Shown: piece after piece, positions 36,224 through 47,660 of the stretch
How the letters are laid out: each line of letters begins with the position of its first letter
How positions within the stretch are numbered: position 1 is the stretch's first letter
Assembly (NCBI RefSeq): GCF_021869535.1
Contig: NW_026262745.1
Location: forward strand, 40,982,001-41,046,000
Source: Mytilus californianus
Lineage: Eukaryota
DNA length: 64,000 bases
Reading direction: 5' to 3'
Made by a program: the position numbers and the translations under genes
The notes under the pieces: model-generated
What the model saw: only the letters and a program-made list of their open reading frames with translations
What the model was told of the DNA's origin: nothing
Database searches by the model: none

Positions 36224-37218
36224 AACAAACTGTCGAACAACTATGGACGACATCTATATCTAAAAGGACTAAGGACGTGTATGATATTGGTTTCATGCAT
36301 TTTAAGAGATATTTACTGTTAAATAATGTGACATTTACAAATAATTTGGCCCCAGTTTCGGAAGAAATCCTCATATATTTTGTTGCCCATTGTCAAACAG
36401 TTCTGAAACTTCATTATTCTACCATTAAACTTTATCTCTGTGGAATCAGGTACAACTACTTGAAGGAAAATTGTAGTGATCCCTTAGAACTATATAACGG
36501 CAAACCATTTCCTAGGCTTACATTGATCTTAAATTCTGTCAAACGATCTCAAAATCAAAACAAGAGAGTAAGGCTACCTATCACTTTTGATATTCTTGAA
36601 CAAATTATAAAGAGATTACGAAAGGGAGTTTTTTCAAAGTTCATTGACCTCATGATAGAAACAGCTAGCGTGATTTCTTTCTTTGGCTTTCTCCGATGCG
36701 GAGAAATAACTGTTATCAAATCCGAACAATTTGAACCTGCAATTAATTTATGTATATCAGACATTTCATTCACAGACAATGTTGCTAACTTTCACTTGAA
36801 ACAGTCAAAAACTGATCCATTCCGTAAGGGTATAGATATTCAGCTACACAAAATTAATAGTCATATTTGTCCTTATCGTGTTTTAAAAAGATATTTAGAG
36901 ATCAGGAAAACGTTTATGTCGTCTTATCAAAACACTGACCCTCTTTTTGTATCAATTGGCAATTTAGCCATGGAAAGAGAATTCTTTATAACAAAAGTCA
37001 GACATGTTCTTGAGTTATGCGGTTATGATCCTAAAAACTTTTCAGGTCATTCATTTAGAATAGGTGCTGGAACCGCAGCTGGTCAGGCTAACATAGAGGA
37101 TCACATGATCAAAACATTAGGTCGTTGGTCTTCAGATTGCTATGTGCGTTATATTCGCACTCAACCAACCTCTATAAAACATGCACAACAGCAGCTTGCT
37201 GAATCTATTTATCATTGA
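36214..37218 (+). CDS. Ngaro ORF3, tyrosine recombinase
   Basis: ATG at 36214 overlaps the end of ORF2. Catalytic motifs FFGFLRCGE (R), LKQSKTDPF (K), GHSFRIGA (HxxR) and LGRWSSDCYVRY (W, Y) are all intact. Confidence 0.95.
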   Translation: MVLKQTVEQLWTTSISKRTKDVYDIGFMHFKRYLLLNNVTFTNNLAPVSEEILIYFVAHCQTVLKLHYSTIKLYLCGIRYNYLKENCSDPLELYNGKPFPRLTLILNSVKRSQNQNKRVRLPITFDILEQIIKRLRKGVFSKFIDLMIETASVISFFGFLRCGEITVIKSEQFEPAINLCISDISFTDNVANFHLKQSKTDPFRKGIDIQLHKINSHICPYRVLKRYLEIRKTFMSSYQNTDPLFVSIGNLAMEREFFITKVRHVLELCGYDPKNFSGHSFRIGAGTAAGQANIEDHMIKTLGRWSSDCYVRYIRTQPTSIKHAQQQLAESIYH

Positions 37219-37420
37219 TTATATTATAGTCAACTTCGATTTTATTGACAGGAGAACTGCATGGTTGCTTTATATGTATATTTTGTTTCTTTTGTTTACC
37301 TTATTATTGTGTTATTCGTTGACTTATTGAAGGTGATCCCGGGGGATTCCTCATTCTAAATACTTGGGGTCACTCAGACTCATCTGATTTCTCATCACTA
37401 TTTCGTCAGAGTTTCTTGGC

Positions 37421-38463
37421 ACCTTTTCAAATATTTCACTTATCATTCATAATTTTCATTCATTTTCCAAGCATTTTTCATTTAACATCTCCAACCTCAA
37501 CTCAACACCTTAAAACATTGTAGCCCACCGTCACGCGGGGGCTGGTCCACTGCCACGCATGGGCCGTCAGATGAAGCTTCGCTTTGTCATTCTTTTGTCA
37601 GTTGTGTTGTTCAAGTTGAGTGTAGTGGCTTGTCAGCTGGTGTACTTTCCACGAAAGAATCGCTTCCTGACAAAGTCCTGGAGCAAAATTATTCGTCAGA
37701 TAGTTGAGTGATTTCCCAAGGCCAAACAATTTAATATGTTTTATATATTTAGTACAGAAAATACGTTTTCATTTTATTTAGTGTAATATTCATAATAAAT
37801 ATATTACATTTACACCGTATTGTTAGTATCAATGGTTCCGTGACAAAGTTATTATTGAATCTACAGTCTGCTAACACTACACTAAGATAACATTCACCAG
37901 ACAGGAACCTTTAACAAATTTGACCTTAAGATTTGTAACAGATGTTAAAGTTTTAAAACAGTGACGCTAATAAGCATATCGACACAGAATAATTTCGCAG
38001 ATTGATGTCCTGCGAAGATTCTCATACTAACTGATTGATTGATAATGGGAATAAAATAATTATTACAGAGACTGCAATGTCAAATTCCTCACAAATCATA
38101 TTGTGCTATTACACGTGTATAGCAAACTGCATAACATGAGACTTATGGTTTAATCGCCATTGAAACCAGCATCACAGTTTGAATACAACCTTTAATATTA
38201 AATTTTACATGATTTCACTTCGACTATTGAACTATATTTAGATAAACAAGATTATCATGTGGAAAACTGGCGTCATTTTCAGATATAAATTTATCGATTT
38301 ATTAATTGGATTGGATGCTTACATGGTTGATTGGTTGTTGGTGTAGTTTCAGTGGCAAATATTTCATGCATATACACGACGGGAAAAACATAAAATATAT
38401 TTTGAAACAGAATTTCGACTATCAGTTTTACACAAACACACACTGGAAAAACGAATATATAAA
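37421..38463 (+). repeat. Ngaro direct repeat B1 (1043 bp)
   Basis: accttttcaaatatttcac...acgaatatataaa repeats at 38803-39845 (offset 1382); appears identical by eye. Confidence 0.95.
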
Positions 38464-38731
38464 TGGTAGATTATAGAATTGTATAATCATGGTTTATAGA
38501 CGAGTTGATTATTCCCAGCTGTTAAATGGTGCTGATGACTTTTCTTAACCCGTTTCTGCATAACCCGTTACTCGACATTAAATATCGGTTAAGAGGTCAC
38601 AAAACATATAGGTTAGATAAAGTTGCGTGCTTGCAGTTTAATAAGAAATGTGTCACGTGAAATACAAGTTGAATCACAGTCTTAGTAATTGCTCCTCGTG
38701 GCAACAGCTTTTAAAACTTATTCTCAAAACA
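38460..38731 (+). repeat. Ngaro direct repeat A2
   Basis: Copy of 32922-33193 abutting B1, sharing the 4 nt TAAA. Confidence 0.95.
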
Positions 38732-38802
38732 ACCTCCATCCTACCCCACCGCATGATTCACCTTCAATATGTCAATGACAAGGGAAAGAACTCAACAAGT
38801 GA

Positions 38803-39845
38803 ACCTTTTCAAATATTTCACTTATCATTCATAATTTTCATTCATTTTCCAAGCATTTTTCATTTAACATCTCCAACCTCAACTCAACACCTTAAAACAT
38901 TGTAGCCCACCGTCACGCGGGGGCTGGTCCACTGCCACGCATGGGCCGTCAGATGAAGCTTCGCTTTGTCATTCTTTTGTCAGTTGTGTTGTTCAAGTTG
39001 AGTGTAGTGGCTTGTCAGCTGGTGTACTTTCCACGAAAGAATCGCTTCCTGACAAAGTCCTGGAGCAAAATTATTCGTCAGATAGTTGAGTGATTTCCCA
39101 AGGCCAAACAATTTAATATGTTTTATATATTTAGTACAGAAAATACGTTTTCATTTTATTTAGTGTAATATTCATAATAAATATATTACATTTACACCGT
39201 ATTGTTAGTATCAATGGTTCCGTGACAAAGTTATTATTGAATCTACAGTCTGCTAACACTACACTAAGATAACATTCACCAGACAGGAACCTTTAACAAA
39301 TTTGACCTTAAGATTTGTAACAGATGTTAAAGTTTTAAAACAGTGACGCTAATAAGCATATCGACACAGAATAATTTCGCAGATTGATGTCCTGCGAAGA
39401 TTCTCATACTAACTGATTGATTGATAATGGGAATAAAATAATTATTACAGAGACTGCAATGTCAAATTCCTCACAAATCATATTGTGCTATTACACGTGT
39501 ATAGCAAACTGCATAACATGAGACTTATGGTTTAATCGCCATTGAAACCAGCATCACAGTTTGAATACAACCTTTAATATTAAATTTTACATGATTTCAC
39601 TTCGACTATTGAACTATATTTAGATAAACAAGATTATCATGTGGAAAACTGGCGTCATTTTCAGATATAAATTTATCGATTTATTAATTGGATTGGATGC
39701 TTACATGGTTGATTGGTTGTTGGTGTAGTTTCAGTGGCAAATATTTCATGCATATACACGACGGGAAAAACATAAAATATATTTTGAAACAGAATTTCGA
39801 CTATCAGTTTTACACAAACACACACTGGAAAAACGAATATATAAA
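38803..39845 (+). repeat. Ngaro direct repeat B2
   Basis: Copy of 37421-38463, preceded by a unique 71-bp spacer (38732-38802). Confidence 0.95.
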
Positions 39846-40477
39846 CTGTGAAAATCGTACTTGGATACAGTCTCTGTGTAAATAGCTGGTAAACAATGTA
39901 AAACTGTACTTGACTTAGACCATAAATCACCGAAACCAAATTATATTTATTTGTTTATTTTTGTTTATTGTCTCTACACTCGAAAAATTATAAATGCTTA
40001 TTGATTATAATTCACTGCTCCGAAACATATTAACAAACAATAATTTAAAGTGTAAGAGCTTAAATTTCATATCATTGACTTTTAAAAAGAACTAACGAGG
40101 TATGTCAGCAAAATAGGCATTATACGTTTCTCTTGTCAGGAAAAGAAACATGGAGTTTTTACAGCGATTTCACAAGTTTGGATTTACGACTTTTTTAAAT
40201 TTAATGTATATTTGTATTTGTCTTTTAAAAAAAGAATATGCAGCATATCCTTCATAAAATACCTTCAACAGTATAATTATAAGCATTGATATATTTTTCT
40301 TTCAACAAATTTAAACATACGAGTTAATGATTCAATATCAACTACATGTATTATAATTACGTTTCAACATTTACAAGATGAACATTAACTTTCACAGTAT
40401 ATGTTTAATTTATGGATTGCATATTTAAAAAAAAAGTAAAAAATTGTTTCGTAAGATTTATTCTCTATGATTCTCAT

Positions 40478-40994
40478 ATGATGAAGACATAATCTTTCGT
40501 TCAGTTTAATTGAGGTCTGGAGCTGGCATGTCAGTAACTGCTAGTAGTCCATTGTTAATTTATGTTGATCATTGTTATTTTGCTTAGTTTTTTCTGTTAC
40601 CTATTCTAACATAGGACTCGGACTTCTTTTAAACTGAGTTTTACTGTGCGTATTGATGTGTGTTTGTTTATTCAACATTGTCTAGAAGTAGAGCGGTAGG
40701 TTTGAGATCTCAGAAAACATGTTTAACCCGCCGCAATTTTGCGCCTATCCAAAGTCAGGAACCTTTGTTAGTCTTGTGTGTTTTATAATTTTAGTTCATT
40801 TATATATTTCGGAGTTTAGTGTGGCGTCCATTTCGCTAAACTAGTATACATTATTGTTTAGGTGCCAGCTGAAGCCCATCTCCGGGATTTTTCTCGCTAC
40901 GTTGAAGACCCATTGGTGCCCTTGGGCTATTTACTAATCTTTGGTCGGGTTGTTGTGTCTTTAACGCGTTCCCCGTTTCCATTCTCAATTCTAT
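40478..40994 (+). mobile_element. SINE-like repeat (family 4)
   Basis: Conserved domain at 40690-40762; 3' end ccccgtttccattctcaatt shared with 1368-1540 (+) and 44678-44780 (-). Confidence 0.75.
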
Positions 40995-43406
40995 GACCAG
41001 ACAATAAAGATAAGGCACTAGAAAGTACCTAAAGTTAATTGTCACAAAATATTTGCTTGATCAAAGTTTATATGTTGAGAAGTTTTGCCTAATTCTTTAC
41101 ATTTTATAGCTACTATTGTGCTTATACCTTAACCTTTGACATTTTTATTAATAAACAACCCATTTAACTTTAGACATGAGGATATAATACTCCAATTTCA
41201 AACGTTGGGAATGACTAATTATAAATATTTTCATATATACATGTATGTACTAATAATTGAACGTATCATAATTTGGATTTGTTTTCCATTTAAATTGCAA
41301 TAGATTAATAATCATTTCTCTCCTTCCACGATTCATTTTTACATTTTAGACTTAAAAAACACATCGAATGAGCATTTTATCTTCTGTTAATATAAATAAC
41401 CTTTCAAAAGAAAAATCCTGAATTAAGAAATAATCATCTTTTACAAAATGGGGACTCTTAAAAATCTGTTGGATATTATACACCAGGGATTCAGCAACCC
41501 AACGATACACAAATACGGTTGTCTACAACAAACAAGATATAGACTTAGTTAGTGTATTTACAAATTAATGCATTTTCGCTCAAAGTCTAAATAAGTCAGA
41601 AAAACTTAAAAATCTGACGTAAACATCCAAAAAAGGACAAAGACATAAAGGTACATGTATGACTATTAAGACAATCACTTCTAGTTTAAGGTACATGACT
41701 TGAAATAAGCACAATGAACGTGTGGTCGGGGATTATCTATATTTTAGAATTTAATTCTTTCATTTTTTCAACGGCATAACAGGTTGAATAACATAAGTTG
41801 CAAAGAAAACCGTTGTGAAAACTTATTTGAATGATTTTTATATAAATTTGTATATTGTTGCAAAAAAATCGAAGTTAAGAAAATAACGTTTAATGATTTT
41901 ATCTAGATTATTAATATATTTGCTCCCGGTCCCTTTCTCACTTTAATAAAAAAATTAAAACCGTAATAAAATTCTGATTTATTTTTATTTGTTTTACCAA
42001 AATATCCTTCATGGAATGTCTTTATCAGTTCTGCAAGGTTTTAAAATTCAATAATAAATGATGGTTTTTTTCGCATCTTTTTTCAAATTGAATCAAATAT
42101 TAATATCTGACTCTATTATATTATCATTTACGAACTTTCCATAAATGCAACTAACGATTGAAAGCGCGGAACAACTTTGTCGTGTTCCTAATATCAAGAA
42201 GATATGTTATATTATAATTTTCGTCTAAAATAAACCACATAAAAAGTACTGATAAAATTACTTACACGTTAGAGTTATGTCCCTTCTACTACTAAGATTT
42301 CATATACCATATTTACTCGTACTGAATGTTTTTCATTCTCTTTCTTGTTGAATAATTTAAACAGATCCGTGTGTTTTATGTTACGTTATAGACACGTGCG
42401 CACGGAAATTGATATCATACGTTTTAGTCCTTTATCATATTTATTTTATTTCATTTTTTATTTCATTTTACATGATAATTTTTTTTCTTCAAAATTAATT
42501 GAACTATTGATAACTTAATGAAGACACAGTCCGACTTATAGCATTTTGCTTGGCCATTATTGAAGAGTTCAGCGTGTTTTTTTGTTGTTTTTTTTTTTTG
42601 GCGAACTTGCCGCAAGTTTATTAGGTTGTAGTCTTTTTGGAATGTTTTTTTTTTTTACTTTTTTACTTTATTCGAGAATATCTTGCAGACGTTCTCCTCA
42701 AAATGATCAATGATTATCTATTCTTTATAGATATATATGTATATTTCATAAATCACAATGATTATTTCAGTTTTTAATAATTGAATTTATATATAAGAAA
42801 TAGACTTTTTTGGAGTATGATTCGTTGGTATCTTATTTGAGATAATTAAGATATAATGAGTAGGAAGCAGTCATATAATAATCCAGATGCTGAGTGTAAT
42901 AATAAAGCGACTTTTTTAATGTTGTTCCGATTTCCGATATTTTCCCCTATTGGTCCCGTCTTTCCCATGAATTAATCGACAACCTGAATTCACAGGTCCA
43001 CTTAGGAACATAAATTTTTCATAGATTTTGGTTTACATGTTTAATAAACAAATGAATCCGATGAAATAATTTTCAAGAGTTCAATAAACTACTGTAACGC
43101 GTAACTGTTAAACTAAAACCAAAACATGTAAAGTAAAATCTGAAGAAAATTATTGTCTAATTTACGTGGCTTTTCCAACACGTCTATACTATTTAATATA
43201 GTATTACCGAAGGCGAGACATTTTCTGCATATGAACGATATGGTTTACGCAAATTTGTTTTCAATTAAAAAATATAACGTATAGGGTTTTGGTTAAAAAG
43301 AAATATATGAACTATGGACACAATTTAAGACTTGTCACCAGTATTCAGTTCCTTGAAAGAGATTAGGTTCTCCCTTATTGATAATTAACAACACCCACCA
43401 CGGAAG

Positions 43407-43513
43407 TATTTGTATCATAGTATATGGGTTTCGTCACCTCTATTTGTATCATAGTATATGGGTTTTGTCACCTTTATTTGTATCATAGTATATGGGTTTC
43501 GTCACCTTTATTT
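43407..43513. repeat. Minisatellite, 3 x 34 bp
   Basis: tatttgtatcatagtatatgggtttcgtcacctY at 43407, 43441, 43475. Confidence 0.95.
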
Positions 43514-43846
43514 AAGTATTCAAACAAATTTATAATTAATTGGTTATGTATATGCCTGAAAATGATATCTTGTTGGTAATAAGATATCAATTTACTTTCC
43601 AGTATTGCTTAAAGCTAGTTTAATTTCACAAGCCATATGAATTATTACATAATAATGTTTAAACATTAATTAGCATAATTGACAGACACAATTGTTATAC
43701 ATATAATGGAAACAAAAATGCTGATTAATTAAAATACTTTCATAGCGACAAAACCATTTTTAATGCTTAACTAATTTCCCAAGTCTTACAGTCGACCATG
43801 ACGTTAGTAGGCCAAAGTATAGCGACTGTAATACTTAAAAAAATAT

Positions 43847-43902
43847 AAAATTTTACATATAAAATTTTACATATAAAATTTTACATATAAAATTTTACAT
43901 AT
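43847..43902. repeat. Tandem repeat, 4 x 14 bp
   Basis: (aaaattttacatat)4 directly abutting the family 1a element end. Confidence 0.95.
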
Positions 43903-44228
43903 AAAAATAAGAAGATGTGGTATGATTGCCAATGAGACAATTCTCCACAAGAGACCAGAAATTAACAACTATAGGTCACCGTACGGCCTTCAACAATGAG
44001 CAAAATCCATATCGCATAGTCAGCTATAAAAGGCCCAGAAATGACAAATGTAAAACAATTCAAACAAAAAACTAACGACATAATTTATGTACAAAATAAT
44101 GAACGAAAAACAAATATGATACACAGTAACAAACGACAAACACTGAATTACAGGCTCCTGACTTGGGACAAGCACATACAGAATGTGGCGGGGTTACACT
44201 AATTTGAAGGCGCCAACCCTGTCCCTAA
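43903..44228 (-). mobile_element. SINE-like repeat (family 1a)
   Basis: aagatgtggtatgattgccaatgagac...ctcctgacttgggac...gtggcggggtta. Related degenerate copies at about 27455-27780, 28205-28340, 32110-32200 and 62255-62510. Confidence 0.8.
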
Positions 44229-45734
44229 TGTATGGCTAGCTGCTTATTGTTTTTATAGTTCTTTTTGCGATAAAAAAAAAACTTATTGTATTCGGCACTT
44301 TGGGGATATTTTTTATTAATATATTGTTTGATTCTAAAAAAAAAAATAATAACCATATAAATGATCGATGCCTTAGTTTGATTGGGTGTCTGTCTATCTT
44401 CTATACATTTACCAGGGATAAAACTTAATTTAATATTTGTATTTTTCAAAAGCAGACGTGTGTTCCTTTCTCGCATCAATTATAAAAATAAACCCTCATA
44501 ATTTTCAGATATATTCTTATTTGTTTTTACATAAATATCCCTAACGAAATATCTTTAGCGTTTTGCAAGGTTTTGGTTTCAGAGATAAAAATTCAATTAT
44601 AAATGGGTTTTTTTGTACCTTTTTTCAACCGACTAAGATATGAAATATTTGTAATCGTATTCTATAATTTCAAGGGTATAATTGAGAATGGAAACGGAAA
44701 ATGTGTCAAAGAGACAACAACCCGATCAAAAGGCAGAAAACAGCCCAAGCCCACCAATGGGTCTTCAAAGGAACGAGAATAAAGATATGTCATACGTTAT
44801 GTTTGTCGTCTAAAATATGCCATAAAAATAATAAAATGTTTTATACGTTTACATGTCCCGTCTACTATTTAGATTTCGTTTACCATGCATACTCATGTTT
44901 GGTTCTTTTTACAGAAAGTTTCTCATTTTTTTCCTTCTGATTTTTTTAAAACAGATATGCGTGTTTAATGTAACACTATAAACTTGTGATCACATAATCA
45001 GTATCTTAAGTTTTTATCATTTATTTTAATTCTTTTATTTTATTTTCATTTTATTTGATATTTTTGTTTTTGTAAACGAATTCAACTTAGATCTTTGATC
45101 TATTATAAGTTATTGTTTAATTCTCAAGGCTTTTCCCACACTTCTTTCTTGGTTAACGTATTATTACTAACGTCGAGACATTTTCTGCATTTAAAAAATA
45201 TTTTATGCGCAAATTTGGTTTCAATACAAACAAAACAAGTAGGTTTTTTTTTAAATACATGTACTATGGACATAATTACAAGACTGTCACAAGTTTTTAG
45301 TTTTTGAAATTGTTTAATTTCTCCTTTACAAACTGTACTGTTTTTACATAGAACAATTGATTATTAATAATACACATCAAAGAAATATTTGTATTATACA
45401 TGTAGTACATGGTTTCCGTCACCTTTCTCAAAACTTTCGAACATTTTTTCAATTAATTGGTTATGGATATGCTTAAAAACGAAATCCTGTTGGTAATAAG
45501 GTAGACATATACTCTCCAGTAAATTAAGCTTAAGTTCACAATACATATGGATTATTGCATAATTATGTTTAAAAATTACTTAGAATTACACAAATGTTAT
45601 ACATGTATAAAAAAAATGCTTATTAATCAAAATACTTGCATAAAATAATGTTAGCGACAAAACCATTATTACTTCAGATCTAATTTCCCCGAGATTTACA
45701 GTTTATTTTATTCAGATAACATGAAATGACATAT

Positions 45735-45880
45735 CAACTCACCATAGATACCAGAATTAAATTTTGTACGCTAGACGCACGTTTTGTCTACATAATACTC
45801 ATCAATGAAGCTCAAATCAGAAAAGTTAAAACGGCCAAATAAAACGAAGTTGAAGGGCATTGGAGACTCAATATTCCACT
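45735..45880 (-). repeat. Degenerate family A hammerhead repeat
   Basis: caactcaccatagataccag...acgctagacgcacgttttgtctacataatactcatcaatgaagctc. Confidence 0.7.
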
Positions 45881-46070
45881 ACTGGGTTGGGGAGGAAACC
45901 TGATATTTATAGCGACTGTAATTGTTATAGAAATGTAAGCCAATATAAAGGCTATGACTAGTTGCCTCTTTCTTTTACTGGACCTTTTGCGATGAGAATG
46001 TTATTGTATTAAGCATTTGGGGATGTTTTTTTTTAATATACTGTTTGATTCTAAATTTCTTTTAATATAT

Positions 46071-46105
<35 letters not shown>

Positions 46106-46638
46106 CATTTTGATCTTAATATGATCGGAAAAGTTTGAACAATAGATGATTCAGTCATGTTCAGTCTTTCTGTCAATGTTCAGACTTATCCACTGTCATA
46201 AATTCAGACAATTCGATTTTAATCAATCAAGATCTGTGTCAGTCGATGTTCAGAATGACCGTTTTAGATCAAAATTAGTTTACTAGCTGCACCATTTCAA
46301 TAGTTAAGAAGACCCATCGGTGATAAATATCATGAATTCAGGCACTTTATCCTCCAAAGTGTGCATAAAAGATATAATAATGTAATAACGTAATACCATA
46401 CTTTAAGATGTTTTTTGATGATTCAAAAATGTGTCCAGTCTAAATAACTTACGATTGACGTAAAGTATTGAGTATTTAGGTTACACTATGTTTTTCCTGT
46501 ATCTCCCTTACAGGACATCATATTAACAAAACGGAGATCACATGTTTATAAATTTCTAACATTAAAAGATTTAAAAAGAAATTGATTTGTTCATATTTTC
46601 ATTTTGTATATTTCTTTATATTTAATTTTTTGACATAC

Positions 46639-46740
46639 CGTCCTTCGTCTAATCCGAGTTTTCTCCTTTCTATAAGTAATAACAGGTTCAGGAGTACACT
46701 CAAAAGAGGGATCCGTCCAATAGCTGTCCTCGTCATTCAT
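46639..46740 (-). CDS. Candidate ATG exon (MNDEDSYWTDPSFECTPEPVITYRKEKTRIRRRT)
   Basis: Acceptor ctctctcag| at 46793, a 53-nt leader with an in-frame TAA, ATG at 46740, donor ACG|gtatgt (phase 0). The downstream partner exon is not certain. Confidence 0.55.
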
Positions 46741-47289
46741 TTTCTTCAAATTAATATCGCACAAAATAAGAGTCCCTTCTTATCGTTACTCCTCTGAGAG
46801 AGTTAAAATATTTCTATTTCCCAGATCAAAAATTGGTTACTTTTGTCAAGTGAACCTACCCACCCAAGGTTGCCTTATCAACGTTATAAAGACCTCGCAT
46901 TCAAAACTGCTAACCAGAACAATTTTGTTTTTTATTTCTTAAAGCTGATACTGTTGACATTTTTTCAAATAAATCAATTGATTCGTTTAAGTGTGAATAA
47001 CACATTTGTCTTTACTAATTGAAATATGATTTTCATATATCTAGATAATTAGTTAAAGAAATATGTTGATTGTTATTTAATCATCCGATGATAATTAACG
47101 TAAGAGGGAGTAGATCACATTCCCAAAATGACCTAGAGATATTTGTATATTACTTTAAATGTAATTAATTAATTATGAAATGTTGTAGGTATGACAAAAC
47201 ATAAACTGTCCTCCGTTCTTGTTGAACTTGTCATAATGTATTAAATTAGAACAAAACTTCAACAGCTTAATAGAAATTTATATATTACA

Positions 47290-47660
47290 TTGATTGAATG
47301 TCTTAAAAATGTCATTTTTTTCATGCATATTCAGGATGAGAACAAATTAACCCTATATCAAAAAAGTAGGTTTTTCCAATGGTTTCTTCTGGGATTACAC
47401 AAAAAAAAGGAATTCCGATTTCAACAGGAAAAATAAGGGAAATTATGTTGGAAAGGAATAGAATTTTGCCTTGCAACAGGCCACTTCCCTACCCCTCAAA
47501 GAGTTGTTGCAAGGTAGCAATGCATCTGTTTTAACGTCCACATTGAGAACGCACTGACTGCGAATTTATGCCTCCTTGAAAAGCCAAACGACCGCCCTCT
47601 TAGGCCCGAGTTTTACTGCCGGAATTTAGAAGCCCAAGGATGACCAAGTTTCTACGCACC
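47290..47660 (-). mobile_element. Degenerate dispersed repeat, probably a SINE
   Basis: GC-richer block (aattttgccttgcaacaggccac, cccctcaaagagttgttgcaagg, gttttactgccgg) recalled as a mussel repeat; not verified. Confidence 0.4.

Larger units (their letters stand above)
32922..39845 (+). mobile_element. Ngaro-type (DIRS order) tyrosine-recombinase retrotransposon, apparently intact
   Basis: Split direct repeats A1 (32922-33193), B1 (37421-38463), A2 (38460-38731), B2 (38803-39845) around gag, RT/RNase H and YR frames, each uninterrupted. A1-ORFs-B1-A2-B2 is the Ngaro/PAT-type architecture. No methyltransferase domain seen. Confidence 0.95.
41930..46125. repeat. Old tandem segmental duplication (copy 1 about 41930-44370, copy 2 about 44463-46125)
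   Basis: Collinear blocks, e.g. cgagacattttctgcat at 43214 and 45174, agcgacaaaaccatt at 43744 and 45653, tatagcgactgtaat at about 43818 and 45908. Confidence 0.75.

Noticed and set aside
33136-36779. Minus-strand ORFs of 74-102 aa over the Ngaro ORFs
   Set aside because: Antisense shadows of the coding strand with no motifs.
37540-37590. CAGATGA plus aagc-ttc-gctt in repeat B as a ribozyme
   Set aside because: The core is mutated and GAAA is absent; only generic hairpins are supported.
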